Part shown: one piece after another, positions 24,126 to 33,946 of the stretch
How positions within the stretch are numbered: position 1 is the first letter of the stretch
How the letters are laid out: each line of letters begins with the position of its first letter
NCBI GenBank assembly: GCA_039924325.1
Contig: JBDTAZ010000033.1
Coordinates: forward strand, 1 to 48,679
From: Gemmatimonadaceae bacterium
Lineage (GTDB): Bacteria; Gemmatimonadota; Gemmatimonadetes; Gemmatimonadales; Gemmatimonadaceae
Direction of reading: 5' to 3'
DNA length: 48,679 bases
The notes under the pieces: generated by a model
Told to the model about the DNA's origin: nothing
The model's database searches: none
What the model saw: only the letters and a program-made list of their open reading frames with translations
Program-made: the position numbers and the translations under genes

Positions 24126-25057
24126 GCGAAGACGAGATAGTTGTTGGAATCGACGCGGGCGGCAGCAAGACCCGCGCAATTGTCGCGAATGCCCAGGGAG
24201 AGACTCTCTCCGAGATTGTCGGCACGGGAGCGTCGATGTCGCCGGGTAACGCCGAGTATTGCGCCAATATTATTGCGGCGCTTATGGCGACTGCACTCGA
24301 AAGTGCCGGAATGAGCGATACGCTTCCGCGGGTACTTTACGCGGGCGTAGCCGGAACCGGTCGGGAGGCAGAGCAGATTGCACTACAGGAGGCGCTTTCC
24401 GAGCGGGATCTCGCGGATGAGGTAGTTGTGGAGACAGACGCGAGCATCGCACTCGCGGACGCGTTTGGCGATCGCTCGGGAGTCTTGCTGATTGCTGGCA
24501 CCGGATCGATTGCATACGGCCGCAGCCCTGCGGGAATGCTTGGCCGCTGTGGTGGGTGGGGAGTGGCGTTTGGCGACGAGGGAAGCGGCGCATGGATCGG
24601 TCGGCGCGCGCTGAGTGTAGTCGCAGCAGCGCACGACGGACGTGAACCTGAAACGGCGCTCACCGGTGCAATCCTGACGGCGGCTCAAGTGAATGAAGTC
24701 GAGCAACTGATTCCGTGGGCAATAGCGGCGGATCGCGAAGCTCTCGCGGCGCTCGCGCCATCCGTGCTCGCGATGGCCATGCAGGCTGACGTGCGCGCGA
24801 ACAGCATCGTTGACATGGCCGTTGAGGAACTCGTCCTCCACGTGCGCTCGCTCGCGCGACAGCTATTCGTCGACGATCGCGCAGCATTTGATCTGGCACT
24901 CGCCGGCGGTCTTCTGCAAAAGGGATCACTCGTCCGCAAGCGACTCGAACGTCGACTGCGCGTTGCCGTACCAGGCGCAACTCTTCATACCGAAGATGTA
25001 GACGGCGCGCGCGGAGCCGTCAAACAGGCGCTCAGATTGGCGACCGCCGCGCTTTGA
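24122..25057 (+). CDS. BadF/BadG/BcrA/BcrD-type ATPase (N-acetylglucosamine/MurNAc kinase-like)
   Basis: 311 aa with VGIDAGGSKTR, LIAGTGS and GWGVAFGDEGSGAWIG. 4-nt overlap with the symporter stop. Confidence 0.75.
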   Translation: MSEDEIVVGIDAGGSKTRAIVANAQGETLSEIVGTGASMSPGNAEYCANIIAALMATALESAGMSDTLPRVLYAGVAGTGREAEQIALQEALSERDLADEVVVETDASIALADAFGDRSGVLLIAGTGSIAYGRSPAGMLGRCGGWGVAFGDEGSGAWIGRRALSVVAAAHDGREPETALTGAILTAAQVNEVEQLIPWAIAADREALAALAPSVLAMAMQADVRANSIVDMAVEELVLHVRSLARQLFVDDRAAFDLALAGGLLQKGSLVRKRLERRLRVAVPGATLHTEDVDGARGAVKQALRLATAAL

Positions 25058-25066
25058 GTCGATAAA

Positions 25067-26074
25067 ATGAGCTCTCCTTTCAGCGGACCCGGATCGACTC
25101 GCTACATCGAAGTAATGCGGCCAGGTGGACCCGAAGAGATGCATCTCATCGATGGCGCTGTTCCGGCAATCGGTCCGGACGAGGTCCGGATTCATGTCGA
25201 AGCCGCGGGCGTCAACCGTGCCGATCTACTTCAGCGCGCGGGTAAGTACGCGCCCCCCGCTACGGCATCGCCAATACTTGGACTTGAAGTCGCCGGGTAC
25301 ATTTCCGCCGCCGGTGAACGCGCCTCAATGATCTGGAAGATTGGCGAGGAGGTCTGTGCTCTTGTCGATGGTGGCGGATACGCGACGGAATGTGTTGCTC
25401 CATCAGTCCAGTGCTTGCCGATTCCGGACGGCTTCTCCATGGTCCAGGCAGCCGCTCTTCCAGAAGCCTTGTTCACGGTGTGGCACAACGTATTCCAGCG
25501 CTGTCGACTGTCGTCGGGAGAGACATTTCTTGTGCATGGTGGCACAAGCGGTATCGGCGTTATCGCAATTCAACTGGCGCGCGCAATCGGCGCGCGGGTC
25601 TTTGCGACTGCGGGATCGCCGGAAAAGTGCGCCGTTTGCCTCAAGCTCGGCGCAGAAGTGGCGATCGACTACAACGCCGCGGATTATTCGGCAGTCGTGC
25701 TCGAAAAGACCGCTGGGCGCGGAATGGATGTGATTCTCGACATGGTCGGCGGCGATTACTTCGAGCGCAACATGCGCGCGATGGCAACTGAGGGCCGTCT
25801 CGTCAACATCGCATACGTGAAAGGCAGCCGGGTCACCGCTGATCTCAAGCCTATCATGCAGAAGCGGCTCACCATAACCGGATCGACCATGAGGCGCCTT
25901 CCGCCCCAGGAAAAGTCGATGGTTGCGCAGGAGCTGATGCTCCGTGTTTGGCCGCTACTCGAGCGCGGCTCCATCATCCCGGTTATCGACTCGACCTTCC
26001 CGATGTCGCAGGCCGCAGACGCGCACCGACGCATGGAAGGGCCCCACATCGGAAAGATCATACTGACTAACTGA
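25067..26074 (+). CDS. NAD(P)H:quinone oxidoreductase (zeta-crystallin/MDR family)
   Basis: 335 aa with VRIHVEAAGVNRADLLQRAGKY, GETFLVHGGTSGIGVIAIQLA and a C-terminal H.GKIIL. Confidence 0.85.
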   Translation: MSSPFSGPGSTRYIEVMRPGGPEEMHLIDGAVPAIGPDEVRIHVEAAGVNRADLLQRAGKYAPPATASPILGLEVAGYISAAGERASMIWKIGEEVCALVDGGGYATECVAPSVQCLPIPDGFSMVQAAALPEALFTVWHNVFQRCRLSSGETFLVHGGTSGIGVIAIQLARAIGARVFATAGSPEKCAVCLKLGAEVAIDYNAADYSAVVLEKTAGRGMDVILDMVGGDYFERNMRAMATEGRLVNIAYVKGSRVTADLKPIMQKRLTITGSTMRRLPPQEKSMVAQELMLRVWPLLERGSIIPVIDSTFPMSQAADAHRRMEGPHIGKIILTN

Positions 26075-26142
26075 ACCAGCGCGGTTTATACCTTAATGGG
26101 AAATTTGACGGTGGTGATCAGTCAGTCCTGCCGCGCAACATC

Positions 26143-27417
26143 CTAAACTTCGGCTGGGGCCTTGTTGAACGGTGGCATGTCGCCTTCCCATCTCGCCATC
26201 ACGGCACTAGCCAGGCAATTGCCCACAAGGTTGATCGTCGTGCGTGCCATATCCATGAATGCGTCAACGCCAAGAATGACAGCAACTGCCTGCAACGGCA
26301 AACCGAACATCGTAAGTGCGCCGGACAATATTACGAGGGCGGCGCGGGGAACTGCGGCAACTCCCTTGCTCGTCAACATGAGCGTCAACATCATGACGAT
26401 CTGTTGACCCAGCGTCATGTGTATGCCGCCGGCCTGCGCGGCAAAGACTGACGCCACGGCCAGGTACAGAGTGCTACCGTCGAGATTGAAAGAGTAGCCG
26501 GTCGGCATGACGAACGCGACGATGCGGGCCGGAACTCCCATCTCTTCCATGTGCTCCATCGCGATGGGAAGCGCAGCTTCCGACGAAGCAGTCGAGAACG
26601 CAATGAGCGCGGGCTGACGGATTGCCTTCAAAAAGGCTCTGAGCGGAATTCGACTGAACACTACAATCGGGAGCAGCACGACAAGCGCGAATACGACCAG
26701 CGCACCGTACAGCGTCCCCACCAACTTGCCAAGACCAACCAGTACGCCGATACCGCTGTGACCCACAGTAACCGCGAGAGCGGCACCGATGCCGATCGGC
26801 GCGTACGCCATCACGATCTCCGTAAACTTGAACATCAAATCGGACAACGATGCGCAGACGTTCAGCATCAATTCCTTCTTCTCGCCTCGCTGCCTTGTCA
26901 ACGCAACGGCAAAGATGATGGCGAAGAAGACGATCTGCAGAACTTCGTTATGATATGCGGCTTCGAAAAAACTCTGTGGAACCGTGTGCTCCAGGACGCC
27001 GGCAAATGTGACCGGGTGCGAAGCGAGTTCGTTGCCGGTCGCCGCGGTAGCAGCACCGAGCGACACGCCGACGCCCGGCTTGATCAGATTGACAGCCGCG
27101 AGCCCGATTATCAGTGCACCTGTGGTCACGAGCTCGAAATAGATCAGCGAACGTAGCGCGAGTCGGCCGACCTTCGACATGTCGTCACCGTGACCAGCGA
27201 TCCCGACGACCAACGTGCTGAAGATCAGCGGCACGATCAATGACTTGATCATGCGCAGGAATATTTGCGAAAGTGGATCGAGCCGAACCGCGAATGTCGG
27301 GAACAATATCCCAATACCAACGCCGATGAACGCAGCAATGATGATCCACTGCGTCAGCGAGACCCGACGCAACCCGCGTCGAGGCGTCTCGCTACGGTCG
27401 CTTGACGCGCTACTCAT
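26143..27417 (-). CDS. Dicarboxylate/amino acid:cation symporter (DAACS, GltP/DctA-like)
   Basis: Track ORF trimmed to ATG 27417 (8-nt overlap with the upstream permease stop). Motifs: FLRMIKSLIVPLIF, SSEAALP, TGYSFNLDGSTLY, and a late VGNCLA. Confidence 0.85.
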   Translation of the reverse strand: MSSASSDRSETPRRGLRRVSLTQWIIIAAFIGVGIGILFPTFAVRLDPLSQIFLRMIKSLIVPLIFSTLVVGIAGHGDDMSKVGRLALRSLIYFELVTTGALIIGLAAVNLIKPGVGVSLGAATAATGNELASHPVTFAGVLEHTVPQSFFEAAYHNEVLQIVFFAIIFAVALTRQRGEKKELMLNVCASLSDLMFKFTEIVMAYAPIGIGAALAVTVGHSGIGVLVGLGKLVGTLYGALVVFALVVLLPIVVFSRIPLRAFLKAIRQPALIAFSTASSEAALPIAMEHMEEMGVPARIVAFVMPTGYSFNLDGSTLYLAVASVFAAQAGGIHMTLGQQIVMMLTLMLTSKGVAAVPRAALVILSGALTMFGLPLQAVAVILGVDAFMDMARTTINLVGNCLASAVMARWEGDMPPFNKAPAEV

Positions 27418-28969
27418 GACCGCTGGGCTGGTCACGCCTGAGCCGCAGTGTCGAGTGTTTGTAGCCGTACGTGAAGTAGAGCACCAGACCAACGGCAAGC
27501 CAGATTATGAAACGAATCCATGTAATCGCTGGCAATTGCGTCATCAGATAGAAACAGGCCGCGATTGAAATCAACGGCGTGATTGGAACCCACGGGACCC
27601 GGAATGGACGCGGCCGGTCCGGATCGGTGCGACGCAGCACGATCACACCAGCCGAAACGAGTACGAACGCGAACAGCGTACCGATATTCGTGAGATCAAC
27701 CACCTCTGCAATGTTCGCGAACGCAGCAAACACGGCAACGAATATTCCCGTGAGGATTGTGCCGACGTACGGTGTCTTGTAACGCGGATGAACCTTGGCC
27801 AGAATCGGCGGGAGCAACCCGTCGCGGGACATCGAAAAGAAGATTCGTGGCTGGCCAAGCTGGAAGACGAGCAAGACGCTGCCCATGGCGATCACAGCAC
27901 CCAACGCCACGATGAATCGCGACGCGTTTAGCAGCGCCGGTGGCCCTGCTGCATACCGTAATGCGGTAATCATCGGCTCGGCGGTACCGAGCTGCTGCCA
28001 TGGAGCCATGCCGGTCATCACGAACGAGATCGCGATATAGAGAATGGTCGTCACGACCAGACTCATGATGATCCCGAACGGCATGTCCTTGCCGGGATTT
28101 TTGGTCTCCTCAGCAGCCGTGGATACGGCATCGAATCCTATGTAACTGAAGAAGATGATCGCCGCTGCCGCACTGATTCCCGCGATCCCGTTCGGGGCAA
28201 AGCCACCTGTCGCTGGATTGTTCCAGTTCGAAGGATGGATCAGGAATAGTCCAACGGCAATGAAGAACAGGATAATTCCAACTTTGAGCAACACCATCGC
28301 GTTGTTTGCATCCGCCGATTCCTTGATGCCGATCACAAGGATGACAGTTATCAACGCAACCACTGCCGCGGCAGGAAGGTTGATGATGAGCGGCAGCCCG
28401 AACAGGTGCGGTGCGGTCGCCCACGCTGATGCGATGTACTGAGTCGTCGCGTCCGCGGCGCTTCCAGCCGTGCCAATCTGCACGAACGCCATGTGTGCCG
28501 ATCGATAATCTGTCGCCAACCACGACGGCAGACTCCATCCGAAGTGCCCGATCAACTCTCGAAAATAGCCCGACCATCCGATGGCGACGCCGATGTTGCC
28601 AACGGCATACTCAATTATCAGATCCCAGCCGATGATCCACGCGATGAACTCGCCAAGCGCTGCGTATGCATACGTGTATGCCGAGCCGGCTATGGGCACC
28701 ATCGCCGCGAACTCGGCGTAGCACAGCGCCGCAAAGCCGCACGCGACAGCGGTCAACAGGAAAGAGAAGATGATCGCTGGCCCAGCCCCGGGCCGCAGCG
28801 GATCACCGACGATCGCCGTTCCGGTCGTGACGAAGATTCCCGCCCCGATGGTTGCACCGACGCCGAGAGCTGTCAGATGCCACTTACCTAACGTGCGCTT
28901 GAGCCCGCCGTGAGTTCTGACGTCGTCCTCGAAGTCCGAAACGGACTTCCGCGCCATGAGGCCCCGCAT
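27410..28969 (-). CDS. APC-superfamily amino acid permease (cationic amino acid transporter-like)
   Basis: 519 aa, about 12-14 TMs, with LKRTLGKWHLTALGVGATIGAGIFV, FIGFDAVSTAAEE.KNP and HPRYKTPY. Confidence 0.85.
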   Translation of the reverse strand: MRGLMARKSVSDFEDDVRTHGGLKRTLGKWHLTALGVGATIGAGIFVTTGTAIVGDPLRPGAGPAIIFSFLLTAVACGFAALCYAEFAAMVPIAGSAYTYAYAALGEFIAWIIGWDLIIEYAVGNIGVAIGWSGYFRELIGHFGWSLPSWLATDYRSAHMAFVQIGTAGSAADATTQYIASAWATAPHLFGLPLIINLPAAAVVALITVILVIGIKESADANNAMVLLKVGIILFFIAVGLFLIHPSNWNNPATGGFAPNGIAGISAAAAIIFFSYIGFDAVSTAAEETKNPGKDMPFGIIMSLVVTTILYIAISFVMTGMAPWQQLGTAEPMITALRYAAGPPALLNASRFIVALGAVIAMGSVLLVFQLGQPRIFFSMSRDGLLPPILAKVHPRYKTPYVGTILTGIFVAVFAAFANIAEVVDLTNIGTLFAFVLVSAGVIVLRRTDPDRPRPFRVPWVPITPLISIAACFYLMTQLPAITWIRFIIWLAVGLVLYFTYGYKHSTLRLRRDQPSGHE

Positions 28970-31123
28970 TTATATGAACAGCGGTGCGAGGACCAAAGTG
29001 ATCGTACTCAACAGCTTGATCAACACGTGCAGCGACGGACCCGCCGTATCCTTGAACGGATCGCCCACAGTGTCACCGACGACAGCAGCCTTATGAGCAT
29101 CGGACCGCTTGCCACCGTACGCACCTGTCTCGATGTACTTCTTGGCATTGTCCCACGCACCGCCGCCATTGTTCAGGAAGCCTGCCATGAGAATGCCAGC
29201 GATCGTGCCGACCATCAGGAACGCCGCTACTGCTTCAGCACCGACACCGAACTGTTTGAACACGAGGCCGACCGCGATCGGGAACAGAACCACAAGTGCA
29301 CCCGGCGCAATCATTGCCTTCAACGCGCCGACAGTGACGATATCGACAGCGGTACCGTAATCCGGGCTCTCCGTACCGAGCATGATGCCAGGCCGCTCGC
29401 GGAACTGACGTCGCACTTCGGTGATCACGGATGACGCAGCTTTCCGAACCGCCGTAAGTGCAAGCGACGAGAACCAGAACACGAGCATCGCGCCAAGCAG
29501 TCCCGCGACAAATATTTCAGGCTGCGCGAGATTTACCTGGATGGGCACACCGCGATAATTGCGAACTTCATCGAGGTAAGCCGAGAACAACAGGAACGCG
29601 GCGAGGGCGGCTGAACCGATCGCGTATCCCTTGGTGAGAGCCTTGGTTGTATTGCCAACCGAATCAAGGCGATCCGTAATGTTGCGAATCTCTTCTGGCT
29701 GTTTGGACATCTCGACAATACCGCCGGCGTTGTCCGTGATCGGTCCGAACACGTCCATCGCGAGTATGTAACCGGCTGTACCGAGCATGCCCATCGTCGC
29801 GACTGCAGTTCCGAACAGACCTGCGTCCGCAACGCCGCTTGCCTTGCCAAGGTGATAACTGGCAATGATAGCGATGGCAATCGTGAATACAGGAAGCACG
29901 GTCGATTCCATTCCGACCGCGAGACCGGCGATGATGTTCGTCGCGGGTCCCGTCTGGCTTGCTTCCGCAATTCCCAGCACGGGGCGGTAGCGATACTCAG
30001 TGTAGTACTGCGTGATGAATACGAAAGCGATTGACGTCGCTATTCCGATCAGGCCGCAGAGAAAGAAATGCCACCATGCATCGGGCGCCGACGCGGGATT
30101 GAGCAGCCAGCGTGTCGCGAAGAAGAAGATGATCGTGACAAGTGCGGCGGTTATGTAATAGCCACGATTGAGCGCCTGCATCGGATCCGCATCCTCTCGA
30201 GTGCGAACCGACATGACGCCGACGATCGAGCAAAGCAGTCCGAGTCCGCCGATAACAAGGGGGAACAGGATACCGGCGATTCCGAACTGCCCGAACAGAA
30301 TCACACCGAGGATCATCGCACCGATATTCTCGGCGGCGATGCTCTCGAAAAGGTCGGCACCGCGACCAGCGCAATCGCCGACGTTGTCACCGACGAGATC
30401 CGCGATTACGGCCGGATTGCGTGGATCGTCCTCTGGGATTCCAGCTTCTACCTTGCCGACGAGGTCAGCGCCCACGTCAGCGGCCTTGGTGTAGATACCA
30501 CCGCCGAGCTGCGCGAAGAGGGCGACGAACGAAGCGCCGAAACCATAACCGACGATGAGGTATGGAATCCGTTGCGCCCAGATCTCTGGAGCAAGACCCG
30601 GGGGTACAAAGTTGTTGATGACCGCGAACAGCCCGCCGACCCCAGCGAGGCTCATGGCAACGGTGAAGAGACCAGATACGGCGCCGGATCGCAACGCCGT
30701 CTGCAGCGCCCCGTTGAGCGACGTAGTAGCTGCCGCCGCAACGCGGATATTCGCGCGTATCGAAATCCACATTCCCATATAGCCAGCGATGCCAGAACTG
30801 AGTGCACCGAGCAGAAACGAGAGAGTGATGTAAAGCGCCAGCAGCGTGGAACTGCTTACCGGATCGGTTGGAATGCTCGTGCGAAGCACGCCGTATCCGA
30901 CAGCCAGCAGGATTGCCACGACGAGTGCAAGCGCTGCGATAGTCTTGTACTGTCGTGCGAGATACGCTTCAGCACCTTGCTGAATCGCATCCGAGATTTT
31001 CTGCATATCGGCGTTCCCTCGACTACGCGAGAGAACCCATCGTGAAAGCCAGATCGCGAATAGCAGAGCAAAAGCGCTGCAGCCAAGGACGATCCACAGG
31101 AGCGATGATTGCGAAACAGTCAT
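28970..31123 (-). CDS. hppA: Membrane-bound ion-translocating pyrophosphatase
   Basis: 717 aa, polytopic. Hallmarks seen: GGGIYTKAADVGADLVGKVE, DPRNPAVIADLVGDNVGDCAGRGADLFES, GGAWDNAKKYIE and AAVVGDTVGDPFKDTAGPSL. Confidence 0.92.
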   Translation of the reverse strand: MTVSQSSLLWIVLGCSAFALLFAIWLSRWVLSRSRGNADMQKISDAIQQGAEAYLARQYKTIAALALVVAILLAVGYGVLRTSIPTDPVSSSTLLALYITLSFLLGALSSGIAGYMGMWISIRANIRVAAAATTSLNGALQTALRSGAVSGLFTVAMSLAGVGGLFAVINNFVPPGLAPEIWAQRIPYLIVGYGFGASFVALFAQLGGGIYTKAADVGADLVGKVEAGIPEDDPRNPAVIADLVGDNVGDCAGRGADLFESIAAENIGAMILGVILFGQFGIAGILFPLVIGGLGLLCSIVGVMSVRTREDADPMQALNRGYYITAALVTIIFFFATRWLLNPASAPDAWWHFFLCGLIGIATSIAFVFITQYYTEYRYRPVLGIAEASQTGPATNIIAGLAVGMESTVLPVFTIAIAIIASYHLGKASGVADAGLFGTAVATMGMLGTAGYILAMDVFGPITDNAGGIVEMSKQPEEIRNITDRLDSVGNTTKALTKGYAIGSAALAAFLLFSAYLDEVRNYRGVPIQVNLAQPEIFVAGLLGAMLVFWFSSLALTAVRKAASSVITEVRRQFRERPGIMLGTESPDYGTAVDIVTVGALKAMIAPGALVVLFPIAVGLVFKQFGVGAEAVAAFLMVGTIAGILMAGFLNNGGGAWDNAKKYIETGAYGGKRSDAHKAAVVGDTVGDPFKDTAGPSLHVLIKLLSTITLVLAPLFI

Positions 31124-31343
31124 GAACGGTCGGTGAGGAGGACTGGAGCGGGAAGGTTATTCATTTGCACGCTTAGTGTAGCCCGCTGCAGCACGGAAAT
31201 TTTGCGTGAATGTAGCGTGCAGCAAGGGTGTAGGCTAGACGCGCGCACCGAGTCGCAGAGTAGCAGGCGAACCTACCACTTTGCGTTGCAGAGTAGTCCA
31301 CATCGCAAAGTCGACGCTCCGTTCCGGCTCACGACCGAACGGA

Positions 31344-32132
31344 TCAGAAGGACATCTGGATGTCGATCGTATCCCGGATCGCGACGCCGTCTGGGCGAAC
31401 CGCTGGGCGGAAGCGAGCGGCGAGCAGCGTCTCGCGAATACGGTTGTTATAGCCCCTGTCGGGCGTGGGGGTGAAGCGGAGCAGCGTCGCCTTCCCCGTC
31501 GAATCAACGTCGAACCAGGCGGTCAGCGTGAATCCCTTGACACTCGCTGGCGTCGGTAGCGGAGGGAGCACGAACTGCTTGAGACTCGGCGGGAAGTTCT
31601 TTGCGGCGCCACCGCCGGTGCCGGGTCCTACGCCGCTTCCCTTTCCCTGGCCCTCGCCGGACCCAACCCCGCCGCCTGTACCGGTGCCCGCTCCCGCTGC
31701 ACCCGTGGTTCCAGCGCCGGCCGCACCCGTCCCGGTTCCGGCACTTGACGCCGTCACCGGCTGAGTCGCAGTGGCAACTGGAGTGGCCCGAGGGACCTCT
31801 GACTTGGGTGCCACAATCGGCGGTGCCACAGGCGGTACCGGAACCACCGGGGGGACAACTGGCGCCGGTTGGACGGGGGCTGCGGTTGGTCGCGGGGTTA
31901 TCTGAACGAAGTGCACACGAGGAGCGCCGTTGTCTCCAAAACCGACGCCACCGCCGCCCCCACCGACCGGCCCGGGACCGCCCGCCCCGTCATGATGGCC
32001 GTAATCGATCCCCGAGTCCATGGCTGGAAGAAAGATGAAAAGCAACAAAAGCAAATGCGCCAGCAGGGATATTATCCACCCTTGCCAGCGCTTTTGCTCC
32101 CGCCGCGGAATACCAACCGGCGGACGATACAA
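31344..32132 (-). CDS. TonB-family protein (N-terminal anchor, Gly/Pro/Ala-rich spacer, TonB_C-like end)
   Basis: 262 aa with anchor WIISLLAHLLLLLFIFLP, a long PxVxP / G-A-T-G spacer, and a C-terminal beta-alpha-beta-like FTLTAWFDVDSTGKATLLRF...ARFRPAVRPDG. Confidence 0.6.
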   Translation of the reverse strand: MYRPPVGIPRREQKRWQGWIISLLAHLLLLLFIFLPAMDSGIDYGHHDGAGGPGPVGGGGGGVGFGDNGAPRVHFVQITPRPTAAPVQPAPVVPPVVPVPPVAPPIVAPKSEVPRATPVATATQPVTASSAGTGTGAAGAGTTGAAGAGTGTGGGVGSGEGQGKGSGVGPGTGGGAAKNFPPSLKQFVLPPLPTPASVKGFTLTAWFDVDSTGKATLLRFTPTPDRGYNNRIRETLLAARFRPAVRPDGVAIRDTIDIQMSF

Positions 32133-32140
32133 GGTGACGC

Positions 32141-32563
32141 TTACTGCGTAACCTTGGGCGTTACGCCGATGACCACGCCGGCGATGGAACCCCGCGCGAT
32201 GTCTATCGCCTGAATGACCTCCTGGTACTTGGCCGCTGGATCACCCTTGACGAATATGATCTTGTCGGGCCGCGTGTCGAACGTCTTATGCAGCATAGCC
32301 GCCAGACCGGCCGGGCCGGGTGGAACTGGCTGCTTATTGATCAGATACGTGCCATCCTTCTGCACTTCCAGCACGATCTGATCCGAGCTTGGCGACGCAG
32401 TTGGAGTTGGTGTCGGATCCGGCAGATTCACGTCAAGCGCCTTGCGCGCCGTCGGCACGATCACCATGAAGATGATCAGGAGTACGAGGAGCACGTCGAT
32501 CATCGGTGTAAGGTTTGGCTCCGAAGTGAAGCCTCCGGTTCCACCACCTGTGGACATTGACAT
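32141..32563 (-). CDS. exbD: ExbD/TolR-family biopolymer transport protein
   Basis: 140 aa with EPNLTPMIDVLLVLLIIFMV. Its start overlaps the upstream stop as TAATG. Confidence 0.85.
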   Translation of the reverse strand: MSMSTGGGTGGFTSEPNLTPMIDVLLVLLIIFMVIVPTARKALDVNLPDPTPTPTASPSSDQIVLEVQKDGTYLINKQPVPPGPAGLAAMLHKTFDTRPDKIIFVKGDPAAKYQEVIQAIDIARGSIAGVVIGVTPKVTQ

Positions 32564-33036
32564 TACTTGCCTCCTCCGGCCGATGTCGCTTCGATATTGT
32601 CGGTCGCGATCACCGACTTGGTACCAGACTGCTGATCCGTGACGAGCGCCGACAGCGCGACACCGCTGTGTGCGGCTACATCAAGCGCATCAGTGATCTT
32701 GCCGTAGTCAAGATTCCTGTCCGCCTTGACGTAGAGAATCTTGTCTTCCGTGCGCTTGCTGTAGATGTTTTTGAGCGCATCGCCGAGCGACGCGTTCGGT
32801 ATTGCCTGACGATTCAGGAAGTACTGACCCTGGTTGTCGATACCAAGGATCTGATCCTGGTCCTGCTGTGGGTGCGGCTTCAGGTTCTGGCCTTGTGGTG
32901 GCTGCGCGTTGACGCCCGACACAAGCGACGGAATGATGACCATGAAAATGATCAGCAGTACGAGCATGACGTCGATCATCGGAGTCACGTTTGGCTCCGC
33001 GCGTACTGCGCTCCCACCCGACGTTGACATTGACAT
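32563..33036 (-). CDS. exbD: ExbD/TolR-family biopolymer transport protein (second copy)
   Basis: 157 aa with EPNVTPMIDVMLVLLIIFMV. It shares the N-terminal MSMST-GG with its neighbour. Confidence 0.85.
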   Translation of the reverse strand: MSMSTSGGSAVRAEPNVTPMIDVMLVLLIIFMVIIPSLVSGVNAQPPQGQNLKPHPQQDQDQILGIDNQGQYFLNRQAIPNASLGDALKNIYSKRTEDKILYVKADRNLDYGKITDALDVAAHSGVALSALVTDQQSGTKSVIATDNIEATSAGGGK

Positions 33037-33131
33037 AGATGCGAATCCTCGAAAAGTGTGGAACCCCGCCGTTCAACATTCCTTGAACATTCACGGAGGC
33101 GGGTTTCCTTCCCTGCCTGATTTTCAGAACT

Positions 33132-33157
33132 CAGGGCGCGGACGAGTCCGCGCCCTG
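33132..33157 (-). promoter_or_regulatory. GC-rich hairpin in the 139-nt exbB-exbD spacer
   Basis: CAGGGCGCGGAC-GA-GTCCGCGCCCTG has 12-nt perfectly complementary arms (effective stem about 10-11 bp). There is no clean T-tract, so it is more likely an intra-operon attenuator or mRNA-stability element than a full terminator. Confidence 0.4.
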
Positions 33158-33175
33158 CGATTCGTCGTTACTTCG

Positions 33176-33916
33176 TTACTTGGAGATCGGGGAGTTGCCC
33201 GCGGTCGCCGTGGTATTGAACTCGCGAGTGAAGCGGCTACGGCCGAATTCGCCCGAGACGTTCTTGATGAGATAGTCGATCATTTCCTTGGACGTGTAGG
33301 TCATCTCAGCCGTGAGATTGTCGACCTTGGTCTGGAAGTAGTTGAACAGCCACACTGCCGGGATTGCGACGAGCAGTCCGAGAGCGGTCGTGATAAGTGC
33401 CTCGGAAATACCGCCGGAGATTGCCGAAAGACCGCCGGAACCAGAAACGGCCATGCCTGTGAAGGCGTTGATGATACCCATCGTCGTTCCGAGAAGTCCG
33501 ACGAACGGCGCAGTTGCACCAGACGTTGCGAGAACACCGAGGCCGCGCTTGAGGTCGGTGATCGTCATCAGCATTTCGCGCTCGATTGCGCGCTCTGCTG
33601 AGTTGATGTCGGCGATGGTTACGGAACCATCCTGAACGAGTGCGCGGGTCTCGGAAAGTGCACCGGCGAGAACGCGAGCAACGTGGGACTTCTTATAACG
33701 CTCGGAGAGGTTCGCGGCCTCAATGAGATTGTCTTCTTCGAGGAACTGTGAGAACTCTGGCGCGAACTTGCGCGTCTCTTTCTGAGCGGCGCGGAGGTCC
33801 CACCATTTCTTGATCGAGATTGACAGAGTCCAGACCGACATGATCGCGAGCACGTACACGATGCCGCGAGCGAAGCCAGCCATCTGGCCCCAAAGGTCAA
33901 TTAGCGAGAGATGCAT
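33176..33916 (-). CDS. exbB: MotA/TolQ/ExbB proton-channel protein
   Basis: 246 aa, three TMs, with the conserved region LATSGATAPFVGLLGTTMGIINAF and SEALITTALGLLVAIPA. Confidence 0.88.
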   Translation of the reverse strand: MHLSLIDLWGQMAGFARGIVYVLAIMSVWTLSISIKKWWDLRAAQKETRKFAPEFSQFLEEDNLIEAANLSERYKKSHVARVLAGALSETRALVQDGSVTIADINSAERAIEREMLMTITDLKRGLGVLATSGATAPFVGLLGTTMGIINAFTGMAVSGSGGLSAISGGISEALITTALGLLVAIPAVWLFNYFQTKVDNLTAEMTYTSKEMIDYLIKNVSGEFGRSRFTREFNTTATAGNSPISK

Positions 33917-33946
33917 TGTTCGTTACTCCGTGGAATGGTGGGACGG

